Below, piece by piece: positions 20,945-31,201 of a DNA stretch of 64,000 nt. The notes under the pieces are model-generated. The model was not told the origin of the DNA. It worked only from the letters and a program-made list of their open reading frames with translations, and did no database searches. The translations under genes were made by a program, and so were the position numbers. The stretch lies in assembly GCA_963667725.2 (NCBI GenBank), contig CAXXHO010000004.1, positions 32,001-96,000 on the forward strand, read 5' to 3'. This stretch comes from Treponemataceae bacterium (GTDB lineage: Bacteria; Spirochaetota; Spirochaetia; Treponematales; Rectinemataceae). The number at the start of each line of letters is the position of its first letter. Position 1 is the stretch's first letter.

Positions 20945-21603
20945 ACATCCTTAAGTATTACAAATGCTTCAGCATATTGTCGTCCTATAAAGCTTCCTCT
21001 TAAAGTTGCAAATGCACGGAGGATTTCTTTGCTTCTAGGAAATGGAGCAATTCCATACTCTGATTCGTAAATTTTCATTGCTCTTAATTTTCCTTCAAAA
21101 GTATCTGTAATATCTACATAGTAATTCGGAGAAAAACATTTTTCTGATGGAAAGCAATAATCTGTTTCACTTGGGGTTTCCATCATTAATGCTTTCTTTA
21201 CTGAAGGACATCGGAATGACTTCAAGCAAGAAATTGATGCTTCAAATACCATCCTGTGATCAGATTGAGCATCTCCATAGAACGGCAAATATAAAACCTC
21301 TGGCTGAAACTTACTAACGGCATCAAATATTGCTCCTACCAATTTTCTTTGTCCAATCATATCAAGACAGGTCGTAGGTAATCCAAGCCTTGTTACCTCA
21401 CAAAATTTATAAAATGATTTCACTTTTCGTATTTCAACTTCTCGTTTAGCCATAGTATTTTCAGAAAACCCTAGTTCATTTTTCATATCTGTAACAATGA
21501 GCCAGGAAACTTTATCTTTAGCCGCTATGTGTTTGAGAATTGTCCCTCCGCATCCTAAAGTCTCATCATCAGGATGCACAGCTATACACATTATTCGTTT
21601 CAT
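20935..21603 (-). CDS. PIG-L family N-deacetylase
   Basis: HPDDETLGCGGT, SDH, ETPSET, PFPRS. Confidence 0.9.
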   Translation of the reverse strand: MKRIMCIAVHPDDETLGCGGTILKHIAAKDKVSWLIVTDMKNELGFSENTMAKREVEIRKVKSFYKFCEVTRLGLPTTCLDMIGQRKLVGAIFDAVSKFQPEVLYLPFYGDAQSDHRMVFEASISCLKSFRCPSVKKALMMETPSETDYCFPSEKCFSPNYYVDITDTFEGKLRAMKIYESEYGIAPFPRSKEILRAFATLRGSFIGRQYAEAFVILKDVWI

Positions 21604-22072
21604 ACTTTCCTTTTTTTGACCATATTTTTTTGAAAGTGGTAGAGTAGTAGATATAAATCTAGATTAATATTTTGAAAACATTACAGTTATTCTTAATAAG
21701 AGTATGGATATTTTCCTTGTTGATTCTATTAATTTATCTAAAATTTATTTTGTGTAAAATATTTTCCATTTTAGTAATAATATTCTATGCATTAACGGAA
21801 AAACAAATTTTTTTTATTGAGTAGCAATTTAATACGATACCATTTAATACATTGTAGTAATAATATAAATTTATACAAGCAATGCGTTCTAACTTTATTT
21901 TTCAAGATATTCCATTAACCAAGATATATAACTCAGTATTATTTATAAAATTACTATATTTTACGTCGTTAAAATATATTATTTTAACTGCACTACTTAG
22001 CTTGCTTTTTTATTACTATTTATTCTACATACCTTATTAATGGGTTAAAGCACAAATTATATAGCCACATTT

Positions 22073-22969
22073 TTATAATAAATAGTCCCCAACAGAGATT
22101 GAGTTAGGCAATTCATGTTTGCAGATCCTTACTATGCTATCATATGAAGCAACATCGATAATATTTTTCACTCTATCAATTGCTAGCACTTTTCCAGGTT
22201 CAATATTTTTTGGTTTTAAAATACTTGATAGTGCGGCGTCCCAGACTTTAAATGACTCTCCAGATATTACAACAAGTGCTCCAGGATAGGGGTGTGATAA
22301 TGCTTTAACAAGCCTAACAATTGCTATCCCATTCATACGCCAATCTATTACGCCATCTCTAACATCACGTTTTCTCCATTCATTTCCTTCACCAGGAAGC
22401 TGCGGTCGAAATTTTATTGTCCCAGACTCTATTTTAGATAAAGTACTAATTAGTTGATTTGGTAAAACATCAAGTATCCGATTATATAATGTACAAGCAG
22501 TATCATTTTCAGCAATTTTAATGATCTTTTGGTCAAGAATATCACCAAAATCAGCTCTCTCTACAAGTTTGAATATTGTCGATGCAGTTGCTTGAAGTCC
22601 AAGGAATAATGCCCAGATCAATGGATGTCTTCCACGATTCATCGGTAGCTGAGCAGGATGAAACCCAATAAAACCGAATGGAGGAATATCCAATATATTT
22701 TTACCTAACAACTGTGACCAACCTATGCATATACCAATATCCGGTTTTTTTATTTTTATCCATTCTTCTAGTACGGAACTTTCTTTTCTATTCCAATAAG
22801 TAAAAGAAATGTTATTCTCTATACATATCTTCGTAAGATCAATATAATCACTATTATTTAATGAATTTGATCGAGTGATAACTCCGACAATTTCATGATG
22901 TTCATCTTTAATAAGTGAAGAAAGACAGACAAATGAGGATTCTACACAACCAATAAAAATAATTTTCAT
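22073..22969 (-). CDS. sugar N-formyltransferase (Fmt-like)
   Basis: GFHPAQLPMNRGRHPLIW, DFGDIL, PYPGA. Confidence 0.85.
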   Translation of the reverse strand: MKIIFIGCVESSFVCLSSLIKDEHHEIVGVITRSNSLNNSDYIDLTKICIENNISFTYWNRKESSVLEEWIKIKKPDIGICIGWSQLLGKNILDIPPFGFIGFHPAQLPMNRGRHPLIWALFLGLQATASTIFKLVERADFGDILDQKIIKIAENDTACTLYNRILDVLPNQLISTLSKIESGTIKFRPQLPGEGNEWRKRDVRDGVIDWRMNGIAIVRLVKALSHPYPGALVVISGESFKVWDAALSSILKPKNIEPGKVLAIDRVKNIIDVASYDSIVRICKHELPNSISVGDYLL

Positions 22970-24150
22970 TATAAGCTAATCCCTTGTATATCATTTAGAT
23001 CAAAGAATTCCTTTTGTACACTTGGAACTGGAGAATCTCTTAAGAATTGCATTATTTTTAAACATGCTCCTCCTTGCCAGTAAGGATTAGATTCCAATAT
23101 TACAGTATTACTATTCCTAAATTTTAAAGCCTTCTCTATCGCCTCTGCAATTGATGTGCACTCAGCATTACAGTGAAATACTGTTGAAGGAGCTACTCTT
23201 CCCCATTGTCGATAGCCAATATCGACCGATGGTATCCCAAGGGCCGGAGCTTCTAGCAATCCAGATGATGAATTACCAATAACAATATCAACCTTTCGTA
23301 AAAGCCCTAGATATAAATAAGAACCAAGAGATATAGAAAAGAAAAAATTAATTCGAGTTCGGCAAAATTCTTTTAGTCTTTTATTAATTTTTCTGCCTTC
23401 AGAATCTGCATTACTACCCGTAATTATTATTGCCGTATCCCTATATAAATCAAGCTGTGGAAGAAGTACATCTAGGATGCGATCTGATTCACCTTCATTA
23501 AGTGTTTCTGGATGTACTGTAACCAAGAAAATACTTGAATATTTTTTTAAAATAGGTATAGTAATATTTAGTTCTTCATAACTAGCATAAGCACTATTTA
23601 AAATTGCATCAATACCGAGTGCACCTACAAGCTTTACTGATTTAGGGCTTTCTCCCATTTGAATTACTCTTTTACGATATTGCTCCGTAGATACAAAGTG
23701 TAAACTAGCCATTTTTGTGATTGAATGTCGAATGGGATCGTCAATAAGCCCTTGTGTTAATTCACCACCATGAATATGCGCAATTGGAATCCTTTCTACA
23801 GTTGCGGCAATTGCGGCAGCCAGCATTTCGAAACGATCACCAAGAAGAACCAAGATATCCGGTTTTTTTCTCTGAAATGCATCTGCAAAACCTGAAATAC
23901 CCAAGCTAATTGATTTTGCAACTCCTATAGGTGTATCAGAGCTAAGAAGAATTTCAACTTTTTCAGATATATAAAAGCCATCTTCTTCAATTTTTCTGTA
24001 TGTGGATCCAAACTCTGGAGACAAGTGCATACCTGTAACATATAGTAGTAGCTCTACTTTTGGATCTTCCTTAAGAAGTGAAAGCAACGGCGACAGCAAG
24101 CCATACTCTGCTCTAGTCCCAGTTACAACTCCTATTCGTCGAATTACCAT
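22969..24150 (-). CDS. neuC: hydrolysing UDP/GDP-sugar 2-epimerase (NeuC/LegG)
   Basis: TGTRAEYGLL, GMHLSPEFG, LGDRFEM, HIHGGE, GNSSSG. Confidence 0.9.
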   Translation of the reverse strand: MVIRRIGVVTGTRAEYGLLSPLLSLLKEDPKVELLLYVTGMHLSPEFGSTYRKIEEDGFYISEKVEILLSSDTPIGVAKSISLGISGFADAFQRKKPDILVLLGDRFEMLAAAIAATVERIPIAHIHGGELTQGLIDDPIRHSITKMASLHFVSTEQYRKRVIQMGESPKSVKLVGALGIDAILNSAYASYEELNITIPILKKYSSIFLVTVHPETLNEGESDRILDVLLPQLDLYRDTAIIITGSNADSEGRKINKRLKEFCRTRINFFFSISLGSYLYLGLLRKVDIVIGNSSSGLLEAPALGIPSVDIGYRQWGRVAPSTVFHCNAECTSIAEAIEKALKFRNSNTVILESNPYWQGGACLKIMQFLRDSPVPSVQKEFFDLNDIQGISL

Positions 24151-25148
24151 TCAATAGCCTCGCCTTCATCATATTCACGACTGGCCTCTCTTCCAATAAC
24201 CCTATCCCATTCCATTGGACTAATTCCTGTGGCAGGGCGTTTGGCAGTAAGGTTATTGATAGAAAATTTTTCACCTGTATTAATCTTTCTTGCCGCTACA
24301 ATCGATTTGCGAACAACTACTCTATTCTGGAGTTCTGATTTCATAGGGCGCTTAATTCCATCTCCGAGAGAGACTTGAACTGCTCGAATACCAGAAACCA
24401 TTTCTTTGAGCTCTTTTGGTTCGAGACTAGCTCTATGATCTGGGCCTTCCATTTTTTTATCAAGTGTAAAATGCTTCTCAATAAGAACAGCTCCGAGCGC
24501 AGTTGCGGCTATCGGTATTGCAATTCCTGGGGTGTGATCAGAGTATCCGAAATCGACCCCGAAGGCTTTGCCCATTATTACCATTGCATTAAGATTCACC
24601 TCATTGAAAGGTGTAGGGTACTCTGTTGTACAATGAAGAATCGTAATCTTTTTACGCGGCGTTCCCGATTCTTCTAATGCCAACAATGCTGACTCAACAT
24701 CAGCGAGGCACGCCATTCCCGTTGAAAGTATTATCGGCTTATTAAAAGAACCAATCTTTCTCAAAAAAGGAAGATTGGTGATTTCACCAGAGGGAATTTT
24801 CCAGATACGAACACCTATATTATTAAGCAAATCGATACTTTCTAAGTCGAAAGCTGTAGATAAAAATTCTATTTTTTTTTTCTCACAATATCTCGCAAGA
24901 ATATAAAATGCTTCTCGACTCAGTTCTAGATTCTTTATCATCTCAAACTGATTCTCTTTTGTCCCAGTTGAGATCTTTTGATACGCTGCTTTATCTGTAT
25001 TAGTGTTTAATAACTTATCTGCTTTAAATGTTTGGAATTTTACTGCATCAGCACCTGATTCTTTCGCTACATCAATGAGACGCTTCGCAATCTCTATGCT
25101 CCCATTATGATTAACGCCTGCTTCTGCGATGATGTATACCTTTTTCAT
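24144..25148 (-). CDS. neuB: nonulosonate synthase (NeuB/LegI)
   Basis: IIAEAGVNHNG, AVKFQTF, KIPSGEITN, GYSDHT.G, EKHFTLD, C-terminal SAF domain. Confidence 0.95.
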   Translation of the reverse strand: MKKVYIIAEAGVNHNGSIEIAKRLIDVAKESGADAVKFQTFKADKLLNTNTDKAAYQKISTGTKENQFEMIKNLELSREAFYILARYCEKKKIEFLSTAFDLESIDLLNNIGVRIWKIPSGEITNLPFLRKIGSFNKPIILSTGMACLADVESALLALEESGTPRKKITILHCTTEYPTPFNEVNLNAMVIMGKAFGVDFGYSDHTPGIAIPIAATALGAVLIEKHFTLDKKMEGPDHRASLEPKELKEMVSGIRAVQVSLGDGIKRPMKSELQNRVVVRKSIVAARKINTGEKFSINNLTAKRPATGISPMEWDRVIGREASREYDEGEAIEW

Positions 25149-25777
25149 CCAATCTTCCTCGCAGGACAACCTACATAGGTACCACTTTCTATTAAGTCAG
25201 ATACCACTATGGAACCTGCACCAAGAATTATACTGTCTCCGACAGTCACGCCATTACAGAGAACAGCTCCACTCCCTAGAAAACATCCTTCTCCTATGTG
25301 GCATCCTCCGTTGGTAATCACTCCGGTAGAAATGTGGCAATGAGAACCAATTGTAGTATCGTGTTCCACAATTGCACCAGTATTGATAATACAATTAACG
25401 CCGATATGAACATTCGCATTTATAAAAACATTATGGAGAACAATTGTTCCATCCCCGAGTTCTGTATAGTGAGATACTCTAGCAGTTGATGCAACTATTG
25501 TCGGTAATTTAAAGCCTGCATCAATTAATTTTAAATACAACTGTTGGCGAATTTTTACAGACTTAATTTGTCCTACCGTGATAATTGCTGCATTACATCG
25601 CTTTACCAAAGATTTTAAGTCGTTGTCGGAACCGATGATCTTATAACCGAGTACAGTTTCACCAATCCGTTCAACATTATCTACTATACCGATAATATCC
25701 CATTCCTTAGTAGATTCGATCGCCTCTATGCAAGAAATGCAATGTCCCCCGCCACCAACTAAGACAATCCTTCTCAT
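25145..25777 (-). CDS. NeuD/PglD-family acetyltransferase (LegH-like)
   Basis: GGGGHC, INTGAIVEHD, hexapeptide repeats. Confidence 0.85.
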   Translation of the reverse strand: MRRIVLVGGGGHCISCIEAIESTKEWDIIGIVDNVERIGETVLGYKIIGSDNDLKSLVKRCNAAIITVGQIKSVKIRQQLYLKLIDAGFKLPTIVASTARVSHYTELGDGTIVLHNVFINANVHIGVNCIINTGAIVEHDTTIGSHCHISTGVITNGGCHIGEGCFLGSGAVLCNGVTVGDSIILGAGSIVVSDLIESGTYVGCPARKIG

Positions 25778-26928
25778 GGAATTCTCACACTGCTAGGGAT
25801 ATTAACTATTCGATCCTCAAGCCATTCTGCGTTTGGTACTTCTATACGGTAACATTTGGCATAAGGTGGCAACTTATGCATTAATGTCCATACAGGTCTA
25901 GTCTGCACACCATGATCATTTGAATATTCTAGGAAAGCTTCTCGTTCATTACGGTCCGAAAGAATGATCGCATTGAGCCAGTAATTTGACCGGGCACCAA
26001 CTGGCTCTGTAAAAAAAGACTGCCCGATTGAATTAAAAAAAGTTTTATACTTTACTGCTGTCTCGCGCTTGTTTTCTATTGTTTGCCTTAGGTACTCCAT
26101 TTGTGCACACCCAATTGCAGCATTAACATTAGGAAGCCTTAGGTTGTATCCAACTTCTGTGTGGTAGAATTCCCAACGATGTTTACGCTTTGCAGTAGTG
26201 CTTATATAACGAGTTCGCTCAGCAAGATCATCATCATTTGTGATGACCATACCGCCACCGCCAGTCGTAACAGGCTTATTGCCATTAAACGATAAGATAG
26301 CTGCCCGCCCGAAAAGGCCTGTATGTTTACCAGAATACATACTACCTAATGATTCAGCCGCATCCTCAATAAGCTGAATACCATATTCTGAACATATGGA
26401 TACTATCTCATCGATTCGCACTGGATGACCAAAAGTATGCATCGGTATAACTGCGGCAATGCGACGGCCGGTATTTCTATTATAGACTCCATCTTTATTA
26501 CGTTCACCATTCTCTTCAAGATACAAGTGCAAACTGTCAGGACTCATACCGAGAGTAGTAAGATCCACATCAACAAAGGCAGGGTCAGCTCCAACATGCC
26601 TAATACTTGCCGCGGTCGCTGCGAATGTAAGGGTCTGAGTAATTACTTCATCACCAGACTTCACTCCAGCAGCAATAAGAAGCATTTGTAACGCTGCTGT
26701 ACCGTTTACCATAGCGACCGCATTTCGTGCTCCTGTCACACTTTTTATATGCTCTTCAAAATCAGAGACAAATCTTCCCACATAAGAAACATATGTACTG
26801 TCTATGCATTCTGCCAAATATTTATTTTCATTTCCAAGAAATCTTGGAGCATGAAGCGGAACAGGATTATCTGTGGGATATAATGTTTTAATAAAATATA
26901 GAATGTCTTTGATCTTTTTTTCTGTCAT
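25774..26928 (-). CDS. legC: LegC-family DegT aminotransferase
   Basis: PLHAPRF.GNE, NGTAAL, MHTFGHP, EDAAESLGS, SFNGNK..TTGGGG. Confidence 0.9.
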   Translation of the reverse strand: MTEKKIKDILYFIKTLYPTDNPVPLHAPRFLGNENKYLAECIDSTYVSYVGRFVSDFEEHIKSVTGARNAVAMVNGTAALQMLLIAAGVKSGDEVITQTLTFAATAASIRHVGADPAFVDVDLTTLGMSPDSLHLYLEENGERNKDGVYNRNTGRRIAAVIPMHTFGHPVRIDEIVSICSEYGIQLIEDAAESLGSMYSGKHTGLFGRAAILSFNGNKPVTTGGGGMVITNDDDLAERTRYISTTAKRKHRWEFYHTEVGYNLRLPNVNAAIGCAQMEYLRQTIENKRETAVKYKTFFNSIGQSFFTEPVGARSNYWLNAIILSDRNEREAFLEYSNDHGVQTRPVWTLMHKLPPYAKCYRIEVPNAEWLEDRIVNIPSSVRIP

Positions 26929-28052
26929 TTTCCCCTCCAAATATTTATATCAACAATTTTAGCATAGCTCTGGATTATTTTTACAATCTTTGCCGAAACA
27001 TTCTCATCCTTATAATCCTGCGAAGTTTCTGTTAATTCATTATTTTCCCACATTGCCCTGCACATTTCGACTGCCTGTAGAATATCACATTCATAAATTC
27101 CACCAATGACAATGGTTCCTTTATCCAATACTTCCGGCCTTTCCGTCGATGTGCGAATAAGAACCGCAGGAAAACCCAACATAGCTGATTCTTCAGAGAG
27201 GGTTCCCGAGTCAGAAAGTACACAAAAAGCATCTTTCTGGAGTCTATTGTATTCAAAGAAGCCAAAAGGCTTGAGTTGCCTGACTAATTTGTGAAACTTG
27301 AAACCTCTTTCCTCGATGCGTTTCCATGAACGAGGATGTGTTGAATAAACTACTGGGAGGCCATAAGTATCTGCAACTTTATTGACCGCATTCATCAGTG
27401 ACAAGAAGTGTTCCTCGTTATCAACATTCTCTTCGCGGTGCGCTGATACGACGATATATTTACCTGGTTTCAGTCCGAGCTCTTGAAGCACTTTACTTGC
27501 TTCGATTTTTTCTTTATTCTTCGTTAGCACCTCCGCCATTGGAGAGCCTGTTACGAATATATACTCTTTTTGTATTCCTTCTGAAAGAAGATAACGCCTC
27601 GAATGCTCGGTATACGGCAAGTTAATGTCACTTATATGATCTACTATCTTTCTATTGATTTCTTCCGGCACATTTTGGTCAAAACAACGATTCCCTGCTT
27701 CCATGTGAAAGATTGGTATCTTTAATCGCTTCGCCGATATTGCGCACAAAGCGCTATTTGTGTCTCCAAGAATTAGGAGCGCATTGGGTGCTTCCGCTTT
27801 AAGCACCTCATATGATTTTGCAATAATATTCCCCATCGTCTCACCAAGGTGAGCGCCAACAGCATCTAAATAGTAATCTGGGGCCCTCAACCCAAGTTCT
27901 TCGAAAAATATTTGATTCAACGTATAATCATAATTTTGTCCGGTATGAACAAGGATATGATTAAAGTACCTATCACATGCTTTTATGCACTCAGAGAGAC
28001 GAATAATCTCAGGGCGAGTGCCAATAATGGTCATTACTTTAAGCTTTTCCAC
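26925..28052 (-). CDS. fnlC: non-hydrolysing UDP-sugar 2-epimerase FnlC/WbjD/CapG
   Basis: GTRPEIIRLS, HTGQNYD, HMEAGNRCFD..VPEE, TSTERPE; GTG start after GAGGT. Confidence 0.85.
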   Translation of the reverse strand: MEKLKVMTIIGTRPEIIRLSECIKACDRYFNHILVHTGQNYDYTLNQIFFEELGLRAPDYYLDAVGAHLGETMGNIIAKSYEVLKAEAPNALLILGDTNSALCAISAKRLKIPIFHMEAGNRCFDQNVPEEINRKIVDHISDINLPYTEHSRRYLLSEGIQKEYIFVTGSPMAEVLTKNKEKIEASKVLQELGLKPGKYIVVSAHREENVDNEEHFLSLMNAVNKVADTYGLPVVYSTHPRSWKRIEERGFKFHKLVRQLKPFGFFEYNRLQKDAFCVLSDSGTLSEESAMLGFPAVLIRTSTERPEVLDKGTIVIGGIYECDILQAVEMCRAMWENNELTETSQDYKDENVSAKIVKIIQSYAKIVDINIWRGK

Positions 28053-29169
28053 ATTCAACCTCGAGGTAGTACGTGTCAGGAGCAGTAGGATTAAATACCT
28101 CATCAGCCCAGAATAGGGTTACAAGTTCAGAACTGCCAATATTCGTTATCGAATGAGTATATCCGACAGGAATATCGATAACTCGCAGTTCATCACCTGA
28201 TACCGGGTATTCCAGTATCTTATCATCGTCAATCTTTCTAAATCGAATCAATGCCTGCCCCTCAACAACCAGGAATTTCTCCACCTTCGTGTGATGCCAG
28301 TGATTCCCTCTGGTGATACCGGGCTTAGTTTTCGATACGAATATTTGTCCGAATGATTGAGACTTGATGAATTCCGCAAGCCATCCTCTATCATCCCGCT
28401 TCATCGCAAGTGGATAACCAAATTCTTCCTCTGGCAGATAGGAAAGCCATGTAGCATAAAGTGCCCGGGCAAAGTCATCATCTAGAGAGGGTATAACAAG
28501 TGTCTTTCGACTCTCCAAGAAAGATTCCAGCATGGCTGCAATCTTTCCGAGCGTTACCTTGAATGTCCGAGACACATAACAGAATCCTGTCTCATCAGGG
28601 TACTTGACCCCATCGAGCGCAGCAAGAAAAGCCTCAGCGACATCATCTATATAAACCAGATGCAGTTCTGTAGATGGATCATTAATCTGGATGGGCAGAC
28701 CATGCGTCGTATTATAGCACCAGGTAGCGATTACAGAATTGTAATTGGGACGACACCATTTACCGAATACATTCGGAAGCCTAAATATAAACACCGGTGC
28801 ACTTGAGGCCTTGGCGTATTCACGAATAGCTTCTTCTGCGCCCAGCTTGCTCTTACCATATGGATTATCAAGGCCGGCCTGAATAGATGAAGAAATGAGA
28901 ATCGGAACTTTTTTATCGCTCAACGAAAGCAACTCAATGAGTTCTTCAGTCAGTCCTCTATTCCCTCTCTCGAACTCAGAAATATCTTTTGGACGATTCA
29001 CTCCAGCTAGGTGAAAGATAAAATCGGCTTTCTTTACCGCCGCAGTCAATTCTTCCTTAGTATTATCAATATCTATACAGATCAGCCGAACATCTTCCCG
29101 CCTCTCCAGGTGCGTACAGAGGTTGCGGCCAATGAAGCCACCAGCACCAGTAACTAAGGCAGTTTTCAT
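28039..29169 (-). CDS. fnlB: FnlB/WbjC/CapF reductase with C-terminal cupin
   Basis: HLAGVNRP, PNVFGKWCRPNYNS, PGITRGNHWHHTKVEKF. Confidence 0.9.
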   Translation of the reverse strand: MKTALVTGAGGFIGRNLCTHLERREDVRLICIDIDNTKEELTAAVKKADFIFHLAGVNRPKDISEFERGNRGLTEELIELLSLSDKKVPILISSSIQAGLDNPYGKSKLGAEEAIREYAKASSAPVFIFRLPNVFGKWCRPNYNSVIATWCYNTTHGLPIQINDPSTELHLVYIDDVAEAFLAALDGVKYPDETGFCYVSRTFKVTLGKIAAMLESFLESRKTLVIPSLDDDFARALYATWLSYLPEEEFGYPLAMKRDDRGWLAEFIKSQSFGQIFVSKTKPGITRGNHWHHTKVEKFLVVEGQALIRFRKIDDDKILEYPVSGDELRVIDIPVGYTHSITNIGSSELVTLFWADEVFNPTAPDTYYLEVECGKA

Positions 29170-30191
29170 GATTTCAGGCCCGCAGGAATGAGTTCTTCCT
29201 TTATAAAGTCAAGTTTCAAGAGAAGCTCTTTTACCTCATTCACATCGAGCCGTTTCGTGTTTTCTGAGGTATACTCCCATCCTTGGGAAATCTGCTCTTC
29301 GCCATTAACGAAATACTTATCATAGTTGAGATCGCGGGTATCGGCGGGAATCCGGTAGTAGCCGCCAAGGTCTTCAGCCTTGACCATTTCTTCTCGGGTA
29401 AGCAACGTTTCGTGCAATTTCTCGCCATGCCTCGTCCCTATCACCTTGATCTCATTCGGTGCCTTGAAAAGCTCTTTTACTGCCTGCGCGAGATCAGCGA
29501 TCGTCGAAGCTGGAGCCTTCTGCACGAAAACATCACCAGGGATTGCATTTTTAAATGCGAACACCACCAACTCCACCGCATCTTCGAGCGACATGAGATA
29601 TCGTGTCATATTTGGATCAGTGATGGTGAGCGGCTGCCCGGCTTTGATTTGCTGAACAAACAGAGGGATCACCGAGCCCCGAGAAGCCATGACATTGCCA
29701 TATCTCGTACCACAGATAGTCGTTCGATCGGCAGTCACCGTCCTCGATTTGGCAACCATCACCTTTTCCATCATAGCTTTCGAGATACCCATAGCATTGA
29801 TCGGGTATACCGCTTTGTCGGTGGAAAGGCAGATTACTTTCTTAACGCCATAGTGCACCGCCGCAGTGAGCACGTTGTCGGTACCAATCACATTCGTCCT
29901 TACCGCTTCCATCGGGAAGAACTCGCACGAAGGGACTTGCTTGAGCGCCGCTGCGGAAAAGACATAATCAACACCATGCATCGCGCTCGCGATGCTGGTA
30001 TAATCCCTTACATCACCAATATAAAACTTTATCTTATCATCATGGTAAAGCTTTCTCATGTCATCCTGTTTCTTCTCATCACGGGAGAAAATTCGGATTT
30101 CCTTAATCTCCGTCTTGAGAAAGCGGCGCAATACTGCATTACCGAAGGATCCAGTACCACCAGTAATAAGAAGTGTTTTTCCAGAAAACAT
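29166..30191 (-). CDS. fnlA: FnlA/WbjB/CapE UDP-GlcNAc 4,6-dehydratase/epimerase
   Basis: TGGTGSFG, SRDEKKQDDMR, KQVPSCEFFP, TRYGNVMASRGSV. Confidence 0.9.
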   Translation of the reverse strand: MFSGKTLLITGGTGSFGNAVLRRFLKTEIKEIRIFSRDEKKQDDMRKLYHDDKIKFYIGDVRDYTSIASAMHGVDYVFSAAALKQVPSCEFFPMEAVRTNVIGTDNVLTAAVHYGVKKVICLSTDKAVYPINAMGISKAMMEKVMVAKSRTVTADRTTICGTRYGNVMASRGSVIPLFVQQIKAGQPLTITDPNMTRYLMSLEDAVELVVFAFKNAIPGDVFVQKAPASTIADLAQAVKELFKAPNEIKVIGTRHGEKLHETLLTREEMVKAEDLGGYYRIPADTRDLNYDKYFVNGEEQISQGWEYTSENTKRLDVNEVKELLLKLDFIKEELIPAGLKS

Positions 30192-30308
30192 TTATATCTC
30201 CAATACGAATAGTTTTGTTGCTTTATTTATTATCAAAGATATCGGCCTGGCAGGCGCTCAATACGAGTCTTACATAGCCAGTTTCTATGAAGGCGATTGA
30301 TACAATTT

Positions 30309-30368
30309 AACAAGATGACAGTAAGAACAGGATTTACAGGTTAATCTTGTAGATCCTGTTATCTTGTC
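30309..30368 (+). repeat. repeat A, short variant
   Basis: ACAAGATGACAG..AACAGGATTTACAGG-TTAATC-TTGTAGATCCTGTTATCTTGTC; outer arms only. Confidence 0.6.
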
Positions 30369-30922
30369 GAAATTTATGCTATCAAAAAATTTTCAAGGCG
30401 ACATATTCCCTTTCGGGGCAATTCGTCACCAACCTGAGAAAACTGGCTGCACCACAAACCACTTTTTTAGCTCAGTTTGAATACTCGAGGGCAGAGCAAC
30501 CGCCCCGCCCGCGATCGAGCGCATTATCGATCGTAAGATTCACTCGCGGAGAAGGACATGCGCTGGATCCTCGGCTCCGCGGGAATGCAGGATATAAACC
30601 GTCCCGTACGGTGTGCCGCGCTTGGCCTTAGCGCTAATCATGGCCTATCACTTTTTGAAAAGAAATTCGACAGGATTTCAGGATTATTGGGAACGCCGGC
30701 TGCCCTATGGAAAGAAAATCTCGAAGCCGAAAAAGCCTAGTCATCTTTATTTTTTACTGATTTTATCAAGATTAAAAGCATCCGAGCCACATAAACGCCT
30801 CTCCAATCGCGGGGATTGGATTCGCTCTATAGAGGCGGGGACGCCGAGGACGATCCCATCGCGGCCGGAACTCGCTGACGGACTCGCTGCAGGGCTCTTT
30901 GAACAGTATTGAGAAATTCCCA

Positions 30923-30947
30923 AGAATGTTCAAACTTTGAACATTCT
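30923..30947. promoter_or_regulatory. perfect palindrome, possible operator
   Basis: AGAATGTTCAAA-C-TTTGAACATTCT. Confidence 0.4.
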
Positions 30948-31201
30948 ACGATCAGTATCGGCAGGGCACAAGGGAGGTTGCACGAGAAAAATACATCTCC
31001 ACAAAAGAATCTGAAAGATTATTACAAGCATGTTTCATGCCAAAGCTCAATTTCAGCATAAAAGCATTACTTTTTAGCGAAAACTTAATCAATACTGAAC
31101 ACTCTTGCTTCGTGAGAGGTCTCAATGTTTCAAGAAAGCCGCATCAATAACTGAGAAAAAAAGTCGCCTATTCCAGGCCCGCGGAAGAACACCCCTAGCT
31201 C

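Noticed and set aside
21604..22072. AT-rich gaps (also 5442-5789) as gene relics
   Set aside because: Gene-sized, but I could not recover a convincing reading frame or motif; tBLASTx would be needed
30558..30912. Short ORFs 30558-30740 and 30613-30912
   Set aside because: No recognisable family; may be relics but unsupported
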